Source: an uncultured delta proteobacterium
Lineage (GTDB): Bacteria; Desulfobacterota; Binatia; UBA9968
Direction of reading: 5' to 3'
NCBI GenBank assembly: GCA_963760795.1
Contig: CAVXEP010000019.1
Span: forward strand, 64,001-128,000
DNA length: 64,000 bases
Shown: positions 1 to 10,466 of the stretch, piece after piece
How the letters are laid out: the number at the start of each line of letters is the position of its first letter
Numbering within the stretch: position 1 is the first letter of the stretch
The notes under the pieces: generated by a model
Told to the model about the DNA's origin: nothing
The model's input: only the letters and a program-made list of their open reading frames with translations
Database searches by the model: none
Translations under genes and position numbers: made by a program

Positions 1-130
1 CGGCATGCTCGTCGGCGCGCTTTCCGAGGTGCTCGGCGCGCCTTGGGCGGCATCGTCCATGGCCATCGCCGGCACGCTGTGTATGGTGGCGATCTTCGTG
101 ACGGTGCCGCGGGCGCGCGACATTCGTTAG
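1..130 (+). CDS. MFS transporter, 3' end (truncated by window edge)
   Basis: Frame 2 reads GMLVGALSEVLGAPWAASSMAIAGTLCMVAIFVTVPRARDIR*, parallel to the C-termini of the next two MFS genes (...QARHIR*, ...RAWHIR*). Confidence 0.8.
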   Translation, partial: GMLVGALSEVLGAPWAASSMAIAGTLCMVAIFVTVPRARDIR

Positions 131-338
131 CCAGCCGTTGCCGTCAATCGGCGTGGCGGCGCGATCGAGCGGGCGAGTGATGGGCGGTGCCTTTGATGAG
201 TCTCGCCGGCATGGTTTTGCTGATCGGGATGTATCTGACCCTTGTGCAGGCGAGGCTGCTTCAGTGACTAGCGATTGAGTGGCTAGTGAGTTGTCCGCCT
301 TGCGATAATTTGCGCGCCGGAGTTTTCGTCAATTTACC

Positions 339-1584
339 ATGTGGTTTAACTGGCTTGTCCAATTCAAAATCTTCGAAGCGCTGCGCCATCCGCAATACCG
401 CTTGTTGTGGATCAGCCATGTGTTCTCGGCGATGGGCACCTGGATGGATCAGGTGTCGCGCGGCTGGCTGATCTACGAGCTGACCAATTCTTCGTTTCAG
501 TTGGGGCTGGTGCGCGGCGTGCAAGCGCTGCCGATCTTGCTGCTATCGCCGATTGCCGGCAGCACCGCCGACCGCTACTCGCGCAAGTCGCAGGTGATGG
601 TGGCGTTGGTGGCGGACGCGTTTTTCTATGGACTTCTTGGCCGTGCTGATCTTTACCGGCTCGGTGCAACCCTGGCATGTTTATGCCAGCGCGGTCTGCA
701 TGGCTTCGGTGTGGACGTTTCAGCAGCCGTCACGGGCGGCGATGGTGTCCGACTCCGTGCCGTCGGAATCCCTGACCAATGCTATCGGCCTCAACGCGAT
801 GATGTTTAATGTCGCGCGCATTACCGGTCCGGCGGTGGCGGGTCTAATCATCGCCGGCTGGAGCAGCGGCGGCGCCTATACGGTTCAGGCGCTGTTTTAC
901 ATTTTGGCGGCGATCTGGAACGTCAAGTTGCGCGACGATCGGCATGGGTCCTCCAGCGCCCATGGCCACGCCGAGCATGACGATGGGTTTTTTCAAAGCA
1001 TTGTCGAAGGCTGGAAGTTCAGTTGGCAAAACGTCGAGGTTCGCACCGGGCTGCTGGTGGTGATCTGGGCGTCTTTGTTTATCATTCCGTTCAATACGCT
1101 GTTGCCGGTGTTCGCGCGCGACTTGCTTGGCGTCGGCGCCAAAGGGCAAGGAATGCTGCTCACCTCTATGGGCGCCGGCGCGCTCGCCAGCTCGGTGCTG
1201 ATCGCGACTTTTGGCGACCGCATGCCGCGCGGCCGGCTGATGATCGGCGGCGTCGGCGTGTACGGGCTGTTGGTCGCGGTCTTCGCCATGTCGACCTGGT
1301 TTCCGCTGTCGATGGTGCTGATGGCGGTTATGGGGCTGTTCCATGTGGCGTCCCACGCGCTCGTGCAGACGGTCATTCAGGCCTATTCGCCGCCTGAGTT
1401 TCGCGGTCGCACCATGGCGCTGTTTCACCAGACCCATGTGATCTTGATGGCCGGCGGCTTGATCATCGGCGCTCTGGCGTCGGCCATCGGCGCGCAATGG
1501 GCCGCTGCGCTGATGAGCATCGCCGGCACGCTGTCCATGCTCGCGCTCTATCTGTTCAGCCCGCAGGCGCGGCACATTCGTTAG
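339..1584 (+). CDS. MFS transporter (MFS_3/DHA3-like); one frameshift near 630-640
   Basis: ORF 339-809 N-terminus (ALRHPQYRLLWISH...GSTADRYSRK) joins ORF 628-1584; collinear with the intact paralog at 2687-3925. Confidence 0.88.
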
Positions 1585-1707
1585 CCAATCCCGCTATCTC
1601 ATTGAACCCGAAATCCTAAAGTTGCATCTAAGGCATAACCGCCGCGCTCTGATAGCTCCGCTGTTTTTGCGCGAAATATCGCTTCGTGGCTTTTCTCCAC
1701 GGTCAAA

Positions 1708-2439
1708 ATGCCGCTGTTGCGCCGTCAACTTTTCGACGGCGGCGGACCTGTGGCGCGGGTGAACTTAATTGCCGAGATCAGTTTACCGCGGGGGTTAAAG
1801 TTATCGCCGTGCGCACCGATTGAGTTTGTGAGAACGGGGAAGATGGAAATGCAAAACAGTATAGTCAAGACACGGCGGAGCCTGGGAGATGTCGACGGCG
1901 GCGCGGATTTCGATTACTCACGGATCCTCCGCGTGGTTGGCCAGGAGCTCGAAGCCAAGGGGATATCCACTTGCTGTCTATGGGTGGAAGCGAACCGTGT
2001 CGATGTCATCGGTCTGTGCACCAGCAGCGCCAACGGTGTTGTTGAGGCGGGGTTTTGGCAGCGTCTCAAATCGAAAAACGGCGCTGCGGGCTATACAACC
2101 ATTAAGTTGGGCTATTCCATCGAGGGGTTGATGCGGTTCGACGAACTTAACCAAGCTAAACGGACGCTCGCTTCGCCCCGTGCCGATTTTCTCAAGCTCT
2201 CCGAGCAACTGCGCACCGTCGGCGCCATTGTCGATCGCCGCGGCGGCCAATTGATCCGACTAGACCGCACGGCTTACGACGGCATGATTTCGTCTTTCAC
2301 CGTGCAGTATAAAATGGCCACCGGCGCGTTGGTAACCGAAGAATTTAGCGCTCAGAGTCTTTACGATTTTTCGGTGCAGATCTTCATGATGGAAAAGCGC
2401 CGGTCGGGCAACAGTCCAGAGGTCTCGCAGGCAGCTTAG
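1708..2439 (+). CDS. Hypothetical protein with an apparent internal duplication; true start probably ATG near 1843-1849
   Basis: Long ORF; two similar segments, YSRILRVVGQELE and LSEQLRTVGAIVD. Confidence 0.6.
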   Translation: MPLLRRQLFDGGGPVARVNLIAEISLPRGLKLSPCAPIEFVRTGKMEMQNSIVKTRRSLGDVDGGADFDYSRILRVVGQELEAKGISTCCLWVEANRVDVIGLCTSSANGVVEAGFWQRLKSKNGAAGYTTIKLGYSIEGLMRFDELNQAKRTLASPRADFLKLSEQLRTVGAIVDRRGGQLIRLDRTAYDGMISSFTVQYKMATGALVTEEFSAQSLYDFSVQIFMMEKRRSGNSPEVSQAA

Positions 2440-2686
2440 TAGCTTGCGCGTTCGTTAGTTTTCCCGCTATCCCAAATCTCTCGCCCGTGCCGAGGCCCTC
2501 ATTGCCTTCAATTCTCAAGCGCCGCTGGACGCGCTCATTTCGCTCGTGCTATAGCCAAAACATCATGCGTTTTCGTCAGTCATTCGGGAGTCGGTCCTGA
2601 GCTCCGTTCCAGGCGATAAGGAAAGCCTTCGCGATTCACTCGATGCCGAGGCCGCGGGTTCCGCGGCGCAACCCAAGCGGGAGCCG

Positions 2687-3925
2687 TTGGCTTGGTTATA
2701 CCGACATCGTGCCGCCGAAATTCTGCGCTATCGCGATTTCCGCTTATTGTGGTTCGGCCATGTGTTCGGTTCCATGTCGTTCTGGATGGACCAGGTGACG
2801 CGCGGCTGGCTGATCTATGAACTGACCGATTCCACCGTGCAGTTGGGCATGATCCGCGGCGTCCAGGCGATCCCGATACTATTTCTCTCGCCGATTGCCG
2901 GCAGTGTTGCCGATCGTTACTCGCGCAAGAAGCAAATCCTCATTACTCAGATCGCTGATGGCGCGATGTTGGCGGTGCTGGCGCTGTTGATTCTTTACGG
3001 TGCGGTCGAGCCTTGGCATGTCTACGTCTCCGCGTTTGGCATGGCGGTGGTGCAAACCTTTCACCAGCCGGCGCGGACGGCGATCATGACCGATACCGTG
3101 CCGGCGAGCCATTTGACCAACGCCATCGGCCTCAACTCGATGATCTTCAATGTCGCGCGCAGCCTGGGCCCGGCACTGGCCGGCGTTTTGATCTCTTGGA
3201 GCGGCACGGGCGGCGCCTACACCGTCCAGGCGATTTTTTATTTACTCGCGACTTTTTGGACTCTACGTTTGAGCGATATCGACGCCGGCGCCGCCCGCAC
3301 CGGCGGCCATGACGCACATCGGTTTTCCTTAGGCAGCAGTATCGTCGAGGGTTGGAAGTTCAGTTGGCAAAATGAAAACGTCCGCACCGCGCTATTGATC
3401 GCCATGCTGGCGGCGTTCTTTATCGTGCCGTTCACGACGCTCCTACCGGTGTTTGCCCGCGATATTCTACAAGTCGGCGCCTCCGGCCAAGGCTTGCTGC
3501 TGACGGCGATGGGTGTCGGCGCGCTTGGCAGCGCCGTGATGATCACCGGCTTCGGCGATCGCATGCCGCGCGGCAAAATCATGCTAGGCGGCGCGGCGGT
3601 TTATGGACTCGGCGCCGCCGTCTTCGCATTTTCGCCGTGGTTTCAGCTGGCGATGTTCTTGATGATTATTATCGGCTTAGCCAATGTCTGTACCCACGCG
3701 CTGGTGCAGACGGTGATCCAAACCTATTCGCCGCCGCAATTCCGCGGCCGCACCATCGCGCTGTTTCATATGAGCCAGGTGGTGATGACCGTCGGCAGCA
3801 TGTTCATCGGATCCCTCGCCGCGCTTTCCGGCACGCAGTGGGCGGTGGTGCTGATGGGCAGCGCCGGCGCGTTGGCGATGCTGGTAATTCATATTCTATT
3901 GCCGCGCGCCTGGCATATTCGCTAA
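2687..3925 (+). CDS. MFS transporter (MFS_3/DHA3-like)
   Basis: 412 aa, multiple TM segments, LRYRDFRLLWFG start and GSVADRYSRK motif A. Confidence 0.92.
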   Translation: MAWLYRHRAAEILRYRDFRLLWFGHVFGSMSFWMDQVTRGWLIYELTDSTVQLGMIRGVQAIPILFLSPIAGSVADRYSRKKQILITQIADGAMLAVLALLILYGAVEPWHVYVSAFGMAVVQTFHQPARTAIMTDTVPASHLTNAIGLNSMIFNVARSLGPALAGVLISWSGTGGAYTVQAIFYLLATFWTLRLSDIDAGAARTGGHDAHRFSLGSSIVEGWKFSWQNENVRTALLIAMLAAFFIVPFTTLLPVFARDILQVGASGQGLLLTAMGVGALGSAVMITGFGDRMPRGKIMLGGAAVYGLGAAVFAFSPWFQLAMFLMIIIGLANVCTHALVQTVIQTYSPPQFRGRTIALFHMSQVVMTVGSMFIGSLAALSGTQWAVVLMGSAGALAMLVIHILLPRAWHIR

Positions 3926-3946
3926 TACGCAATCGAGGATAGACTC

Positions 3947-4948
3947 TTGGAATATCGAGGATTGAAAGACAAGGATTCGCTCCAGATCGAGACGCCATTG
4001 GAACCCGAGCTGCCGATCTGTGATGCCCATCATCACCTCTGGGAGCGGCCGCCGCACGGCTATTTGCTCGACGATTTACTTTTGGACTTGCGCGCTGGCC
4101 ACAACATAGTTTCGACGGTCGCGATCGAGTGCCACTACGGCTATCGGAAAAGCGGCCCCGAGGAGCTGCAGCCGGTCGGCGAAGTCGAGTTTCTCGAAGC
4201 GGTGGCCCAGCAAGTCGCCGCGAATCCCGCAATCACAAGCCGCATCGCGGCAGCCATTGTCGGCCATGCTAACCTCACACTTGGCGACGCAGTGGCGCCA
4301 GTGCTCGAAGCCCATTTGACGGCGAGCTCGCAGCGCTTCCGCGGCATCCGCCACTCGACGACTTGGGACGCCAGCGACGCGTTGCGCAGCGAGGCGGCGC
4401 GAGGATTGCTCGCCGACGATGGTTTCCGCCGCGGCTTCGCCTGGCTGGAAAAACTTGGCTTGAGTTTCGACGCTTGGGTCTATCATCCGCAGTTGCTGGA
4501 AGTGGCGCAATTGGCGCGGCGTTTTCCCGGCGTCACGATTATTCTCAATCACATCGGGGCGCCGCTGGGTGTCGGTCCCTACGCCGGCAAACGCGATGAG
4601 GTGTTTCAGGAATGGAGCCAAGGGATCGCCACGATCGCCGCTTGTCCCAATGTCGCGGTTAAACTGGGCGGCGTCGGTTCGCTTAGGTCGGGCTACGATT
4701 GGCATGAGCGCGCGGTCAAGCCGTCATCGCAAGAGTTGGCGCAAGTCTTAAAACCTTATTTCGACCACTGCATCGAGCGATTCGGCGTTGAGCGCTGCAT
4801 GTTCGAGAGCAACTTTCCTGTGGAGAAGTCATCCAACGGCTATGTCAATCTTTGGAACGCATTCAAGAAAATCACCCGGCACTACTCCATCAGCGAACGC
4901 GCCGCGTTGTTTCACGACACGGCGGCGCGGCTTTATCGCATCGGTTGA
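3947..4948 (+). CDS. Amidohydrolase_2 family protein (lactonase-like)
   Basis: DAHHHLW, RFRGIRH, ILNHIG and MFESNFPV motifs. Confidence 0.9.
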   Translation: MEYRGLKDKDSLQIETPLEPELPICDAHHHLWERPPHGYLLDDLLLDLRAGHNIVSTVAIECHYGYRKSGPEELQPVGEVEFLEAVAQQVAANPAITSRIAAAIVGHANLTLGDAVAPVLEAHLTASSQRFRGIRHSTTWDASDALRSEAARGLLADDGFRRGFAWLEKLGLSFDAWVYHPQLLEVAQLARRFPGVTIILNHIGAPLGVGPYAGKRDEVFQEWSQGIATIAACPNVAVKLGGVGSLRSGYDWHERAVKPSSQELAQVLKPYFDHCIERFGVERCMFESNFPVEKSSNGYVNLWNAFKKITRHYSISERAALFHDTAARLYRIG

Positions 4949-4962
4949 AATCTGCCGCGTGC

Positions 4963-6042
4963 TTATTTTAGTTTCGGCAGGATTTCATTACCCCACAGGT
5001 CGATCGCTTCGGGAACATCCGGCCCGAGCGGCACGCCGATGGCGATCTCGCTGAAGCCATGGCGCGCTGCCAGGGAAAATAGTTCGCGAAATCGATCAAT
5101 GCACTCGTCTGGCGTGCCGGCGATGATCAGACGATCGACCGCGTCGTCGGGCGTGAGCGCTGCGGCGTCGTCGACGCCGCGATTTTCCGCGTAGGCATGG
5201 CGCACCGCCTGAATCGCCTTGGGGTCGATGCCTTTTGCCACCAGCGCGTCATCGGGCCATCCCGACACGATATGGGAGACAAAGCGTTTGGCATGTTGGC
5301 GGGCGGCTTGGCGGTCGCGCGATATCGAAGCGTTGAGCAGCATGGTTTTGCGCAGCGGCTCAGCAGCTCCGGATTGCGCGCGCGCGTCGTTGAGCCGCGC
5401 CAGTGAAGCTTCCATGTCGGCGATGCCGTAAAGGGTTTGTAAAATCACTCCGTCGAAATGGCGCGCGACTAAATCGAGCACGGCGGGTTTGAGCAGGCTT
5501 GGCCCGTAATAGAGGTGGATCGGCGCCGGAGTTTTGAAACGTAGCGCGTAATGTTCCGAGTTGAGATGAAAATAATCGGCCAGGGTCGGAATGTCCTTCC
5601 GGTGAAGCGTGTCACCGGCAAACAAGCTGCGCAACGCGACCGCTAGTTCCGCCATGATCGTCAACGGTTTGGTGCGCACCACATGGCGGGTCAGGATCGA
5701 GCGCGACCCCGGACCCAAGCCAAGTGAAATTTCCTTGCCGTTGGCGAGCTCGGACATGGTGGCAAACGCCATCGCCACGTCGATTGGATTGCGAAAGTAG
5801 GGCACTGTCACAGCGGTGCCGAGCTTCACCGGTAAGCTTGCCAGGATAGCCGCGGAGCTGGCGAGGACGCTGCGATATTCTAAATTGTCATTCGTCCATA
5901 CTCGGGTGAAGCCAAATGGCCCCATGGTTTTCAACGCGCGCTCCGCCAGGCCGATGAGTTCCGGCAGGGTGTAGCGGTTGAGCACGTGGAGCGGATAATG
6001 AATGCCGATCTCGCCAGTGAAAGTTACTGGTTGGTAAGCCAT
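4963..6042 (-). CDS. LLM-class flavin/F420-dependent oxidoreductase (Mer-like)
   Basis: LGTAVTVPYFRNP, LGLGPG and C-terminal IAGTPDEC motifs of the luciferase-like fold. Confidence 0.8.
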   Translation of the reverse strand: MAYQPVTFTGEIGIHYPLHVLNRYTLPELIGLAERALKTMGPFGFTRVWTNDNLEYRSVLASSAAILASLPVKLGTAVTVPYFRNPIDVAMAFATMSELANGKEISLGLGPGSRSILTRHVVRTKPLTIMAELAVALRSLFAGDTLHRKDIPTLADYFHLNSEHYALRFKTPAPIHLYYGPSLLKPAVLDLVARHFDGVILQTLYGIADMEASLARLNDARAQSGAAEPLRKTMLLNASISRDRQAARQHAKRFVSHIVSGWPDDALVAKGIDPKAIQAVRHAYAENRGVDDAAALTPDDAVDRLIIAGTPDECIDRFRELFSLAARHGFSEIAIGVPLGPDVPEAIDLWGNEILPKLK

Positions 6043-6163
6043 TGGATCGGGTTAGCACGGTCGCGCCGCGCAAGTCAAAGCAATTACTGACGCGGCGGCT
6101 TGCACCCGAGGTGGTTTTCGATTACCGGTGGGACGTAATTTCAATCCAATCGAGGAATTGGTC

Positions 6164-7147
6164 ATGAGTAAATCCGAAGTACAAAGCGGCGTAGTGAACT
6201 GTCTCGGCGCGCCGTGGCCGGAGGATCTGTCGGCGGCGTTTATCGATCAATTGCACGGCCAAGGCGTTACACTGGTCGGCTGCACTGGCAATCTCACTTG
6301 GGATGACACGCTGGAGAGCATCGAGAACTTCGAGGTCGTTAAGACTATTGTGCGCGAGCATCCGCACGCCTACATCCTGCGTCGTGCGGCGGATATCGAT
6401 TGTCCCGAGCATCGCGGCAAAGTCGGTGTGTTGCTCGGCCTGCAAAATCCCAAGGCGCTGAGCGATAGCTTGGGATTGCTCGACGCTTTCTTCGACCTAG
6501 GTTTGCGCTGTCTGTCCTTGGCGTTCAGCGAAAATAGCTACTACGGCTGCGGCCATGCCAGCGAAGTCGATACTGGTCTCACGTCGCTCGGCCGCCAGGC
6601 GATCAAACGCATGAATCGGCTTGGCATCGTCATCGATCTGTCTCATTCCGGTGACCGCACCGCCCTGGAAGCGCTTGACCTCTCGGAGCAGCCAGTGATC
6701 TTCAGCCACTCGACCAGCCGGACGTTGTTCAACCGGCCGCGCAGCGCCCCCGATCCGCTGATCGTCGCGGCGGCCAAGAAGGGCGGGGTGATCTGCCAGG
6801 ATGTGCGCGCCAACACCAGCGTCGCGGAATATGTCGATTGGGTCGACTACTGCGTCAAGCTCGCCGGCATCGATCACATCGGCGTGGCGGCGCAGGACGA
6901 TTTTCACCGTTCTTACAAAGACACCAAGCGCATCGCGCCCTATCTGCCCTCCTACGCTGCGGAACTCAAGAAACGCGATTGGCGCGACGACCGCGTCGTG
7001 CGGCGCGGCGGCATCGGCGCCAAACTACTCGATCGAGAAAATTTGCCGGCGGAATTCAAACGGCGCAATTATTCCGACGAGGCGATCGAAAAAATTCTCG
7101 GCGGCAATCTAATGCGGGTAATGCGCGAGGTGTTGCCGAGGAATTGA
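6164..7147 (+). CDS. Membrane dipeptidase (peptidase M19) family protein, divergent
   Basis: GLTSLGRQAIKRMNRLGIVIDLSH, IFSHS and KILGGNLMRV motifs; GAGGA upstream of ATG 6164. Confidence 0.82.
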   Translation: MSKSEVQSGVVNCLGAPWPEDLSAAFIDQLHGQGVTLVGCTGNLTWDDTLESIENFEVVKTIVREHPHAYILRRAADIDCPEHRGKVGVLLGLQNPKALSDSLGLLDAFFDLGLRCLSLAFSENSYYGCGHASEVDTGLTSLGRQAIKRMNRLGIVIDLSHSGDRTALEALDLSEQPVIFSHSTSRTLFNRPRSAPDPLIVAAAKKGGVICQDVRANTSVAEYVDWVDYCVKLAGIDHIGVAAQDDFHRSYKDTKRIAPYLPSYAAELKKRDWRDDRVVRRGGIGAKLLDRENLPAEFKRRNYSDEAIEKILGGNLMRVMREVLPRN

Positions 7148-7268
7148 TGGTTCAAAGGTAACCCCACGGCTTCGGCCGGATCGTTCCTATCAATTGCGAC
7201 CGAAGGGACTCACGGTAGATTTGGCTCAAACGCATTAGACGTGGCAAGTCTTGCGTACCGTCACAAGC

Positions 7269-7302
7269 AAATCCCCCTTCATCCCCCTTTTCCAAAGGGG
7301 GA
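7269..7302. repeat. C/G-run palindromic REP-like element (half copy)
   Basis: AAATCCCCCTTCATCCCCCTTTTCCAAAGGGGGA; same family as 47338-47437. Confidence 0.7.
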
Positions 7303-7388
7303 ATCGATGATTGCGGCCGGTAGCTGCTGCAGCGCCATGTTCTGAGAACAGGATTGGCGCATGATTAGGCTTGCCGGAGATATCCGAC

Positions 7389-8669
7389 TCATTCTCTCCG
7401 AAGATTCGCCCAGGGTCTGATCAATAAAGACGTCATGGCGGAAGAGAGCAGCAACGATCCGGCCATCGCCCAGAAAACCAAGGCATAGCTTTGCGTGCGG
7501 TCGTAGACATAGCCGGCGAGGACCGGGCCGAGCACCGCGCCCCAGGTGTAGAAAAGATTCATATTGCCGCGGATGGCGCCGAAGGATTTCCGGCCGAAGA
7601 AATCGCCCACCGAAGCCCAAAAAACCGGAATCGAAGCGTCGAGCACCGAATAGAACGCGGTGAAAAACCACAGCGCCCAGAGCGAGCTGCTCCACAGCAT
7701 CGGCAAGACCGCGACAAATCCCAAGAGCAAACAAAACGTCACCAGCTTCGGCTTATTGACGAAGTCGGCGATCCAGCCGAGCAAGAAGTGAATCGGCAAG
7801 TTTATGATCGCGAAGCCGGCCAACAGCACCGAGGCTTCGGTCTGACTCATGCCTTTCCACACCATCATCGGAATGAAATGGGTCGTGACGGTGGTGAAAG
7901 CCGCCGAGCGCGCGGTCATGGATAGAATCAGATTCCAGAAGATCGGCGAGCGAAAGGCTTGGCGCGCGCTGACCTCCGGTTCGTTGACAGCGTTGTTTGT
8001 CGACTGCGCGCCGCTCTTGTCGCCTTGGGGGTTTTCCAATGGTCCGCCGTCGGGAGCCATACCGACGCTTTCCGGCGAGCGGCGAATCGCCAGCGATAAC
8101 GGAACGCCACCGGCGATGAACAAGCCGCCGGCAACCAGCGCGGCCCAGCGCCAACCGAAATTTTGCACGGCGACGGCGAGCAGCGGCGTGATGAGGGCGC
8201 CACCGATGGGCACGGCAGCGCTGACCACGGTCATGGCGCGGGCGCGCAGCTTGATGAACCAACTGTTGGCGACCACAGTGGGCGCGTGCACGAAGCCGGC
8301 GTTAAACGCCAGTGAGATGACGCCAAGATAGACGATCAAAAACGTTGTGTAGCTGTGGACGAAGGCAAAAAGCATATAGCCGATGCCGGCGAACAGAGTG
8401 GCGGCGAGCATGAGCGGCTTCGGCCCGTAGCGATCGAGCAGGTAGCCGACGATGGGCGCGGTGAGGGAGCCTTCGGCGCGCGCCAGAGAAAACGCCAGCG
8501 AGGTCGAAGCGCGGGTCAGGCCGAGGTCCTGGGTGACCGGCAGGAAAAATACCGTGAAGCCATATTGATGCAACCCGCCGCCGAGTATGCGCAGCGCCGA
8601 GACCACGCCGATCATACGCCAGCCGTAGTAGAGTCCGGAGATGCGTTTGCGGATGTCGGAGCTGCTCAC
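7389..8669 (-). CDS. MFS transporter (OFA/monocarboxylate-like)
   Basis: LYYGWRMI start, GYLLDRYGPK and GDFFGRKSFGAIRG motifs. Confidence 0.9.
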   Translation of the reverse strand: MSSSDIRKRISGLYYGWRMIGVVSALRILGGGLHQYGFTVFFLPVTQDLGLTRASTSLAFSLARAEGSLTAPIVGYLLDRYGPKPLMLAATLFAGIGYMLFAFVHSYTTFLIVYLGVISLAFNAGFVHAPTVVANSWFIKLRARAMTVVSAAVPIGGALITPLLAVAVQNFGWRWAALVAGGLFIAGGVPLSLAIRRSPESVGMAPDGGPLENPQGDKSGAQSTNNAVNEPEVSARQAFRSPIFWNLILSMTARSAAFTTVTTHFIPMMVWKGMSQTEASVLLAGFAIINLPIHFLLGWIADFVNKPKLVTFCLLLGFVAVLPMLWSSSLWALWFFTAFYSVLDASIPVFWASVGDFFGRKSFGAIRGNMNLFYTWGAVLGPVLAGYVYDRTQSYALVFWAMAGSLLLSSAMTSLLIRPWANLRRE

Positions 8670-8783
8670 GGTTGCGCCAATGCTCGATGCCTTCGGTGTC
8701 GGTGATACAGCGATTCTATCGGAGCTGCCAGCGGCGAACGGCTGGTGGGATTTCGATTATTTTCAACAGCGGCCGGATACGGT

Positions 8784-9179
8784 TTACTTGCTGGCGCCGA
8801 CCCAGCCGGCGTTGGAAACATCGATCACTTGGTCATCAATCACGACGCACTTGACTTCGAAATAGGACTGCGGCTTGGACGGATCGTCGTGATTGACTTC
8901 GTTGCGTTGATTGAGCGGTTTGCCGCCGAGGGCGCGAATTTTTTCCACAGCGGCGTCGACATCGTCGACTTGAAAGCCGACGTGGTCGACGCCCAACTTC
9001 ATGGTCTCGCCCTCGACCACGCCGCGCATGTTGAGGATCGCGATGTTGAGATAGCCGTCGGTGAGATAGATGCCGCTCTGGCCGACGCCGACCTGTTCGA
9101 GGCCGAAGGCTTCTTTGTAGAAGGCTGCGGTTTTCTCGATGTCGTGGGTTCTGATCGCGATATGTTTGATTTTGGCCAT
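8784..9179 (-). CDS. VOC (glyoxalase-like) family protein
   Basis: KIKHIAI...GVDHVGFQVDD. Confidence 0.88.
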   Translation of the reverse strand: MAKIKHIAIRTHDIEKTAAFYKEAFGLEQVGVGQSGIYLTDGYLNIAILNMRGVVEGETMKLGVDHVGFQVDDVDAAVEKIRALGGKPLNQRNEVNHDDPSKPQSYFEVKCVVIDDQVIDVSNAGWVGASK

Positions 9180-9324
9180 AAATTTGTCCTCTGGATTCGT
9201 CTACCATGGGGTGGTAGCCGACCGCAACGCACGACAGCTCCTGGTAGCCGCGGCCAATCTGGGGCTAGCCGGATTGACGGCGCCAACGTCGATCTGATAT
9301 CGACGCGTCAACAGAGAGAGTCCG

Positions 9325-10354
9325 ATGTTATTCTTAAATCGCAGCCGTCATCGCAGTCAGATCGGCGCGTTGCCGCTCGTTCTGATCTTTATCGTGTCAT
9401 TGCCGGTGCTCGGTCTCGCCCAGCTCGGCGGCAAACCGGAGAAGAGCAATTTCACGCTGTCATACACCCAAGCGAGCGGCGCGTTCACCGCTCTGGGTGG
9501 CGCAGGAAGCGGGACTGTTCAAGAAACATGGCCTCGATGCGACTTTAAAAATTCTCAACTCACAGGTCGCACATCAGGCACTGCTGGCCGGCGAGCTTGA
9601 TGTGATTTCCACCGGTCCGGAGTTGGTCAACGCGCGCTTACAAGGCGTGCCGGCGAAATACATCGGCGGCACGCTACAACGCTTTGTCTTTCAACTATGG
9701 GGCGGCAAAGGGGTTAAGTCGCTTGCCGACCTCAAGGGCAAAACCATTGCGGCGACGACGCCCAAAACATCGACGGAAATCGCTACTCGCGAAGCGCTCA
9801 AGAAGACCGCGGTGATTTCGGAAAAGGACGTGAACTTCATCTACCTGCAAACCATTCCAGCGATCCTTACCGCGGTGATCAACGGTAACACCGCCGCCGG
9901 GACCTTGTCGGCGCCGAACACGTTGAAGGCGCGCGACGCAGGACTGAGTCTGCTGATCGATATCGCCCAGGCTAATGTGCCGGGATTTCATCTCGCCTAT
10001 GGCACCACGGAGAAGACGATCAAAGCGTATCCCAATGCGCTCTACGCTTTTCTCAAAGCTACTGCCGAAGCCACCGTCTTGGCCAAGCAAAATCCGGTGT
10101 TGGCAAAAAAAGCGATCGCCAAATACACCGACAGCGACGATGTAAAAATAATCGACGGCACGTACGAACAATTCTCACTCTACTGGGATGCGGTCCTTGC
10201 CGTGCGCGGCGAGCCGATCCAGGGTCAGCTGAGTTATCTCGACGAAAAGGAGTTTCCTCGCGCCAAAGACCCGCGCCCCGCCGATTTTTTTGATAACTCC
10301 TTCGCCGACCAATTGAAAAACTCCGGCTTCTTGCAGTCTCTCGGGATAAAGTAG
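9325..10354 (+). CDS. ABC substrate-binding protein (NMT1/SsuA-like); frameshift near 9490
   Basis: Signal-peptide-containing ORF 9325 continues into ORF 9497-10354 (AQEAGLFKKHGLD, DLKGKTIA). Confidence 0.85.
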
Positions 10355-10466
10355 CCGGCGAGCGGCGTTGGCTATCCCTCCGCTTGGCCGGCGGCGCGGT
10401 TCTTTAGAGCCGTTCCATTTCCCTGCGTCGGCTGCAGCAGTTCGATATCCGGCTGCCCCGGTCCGG

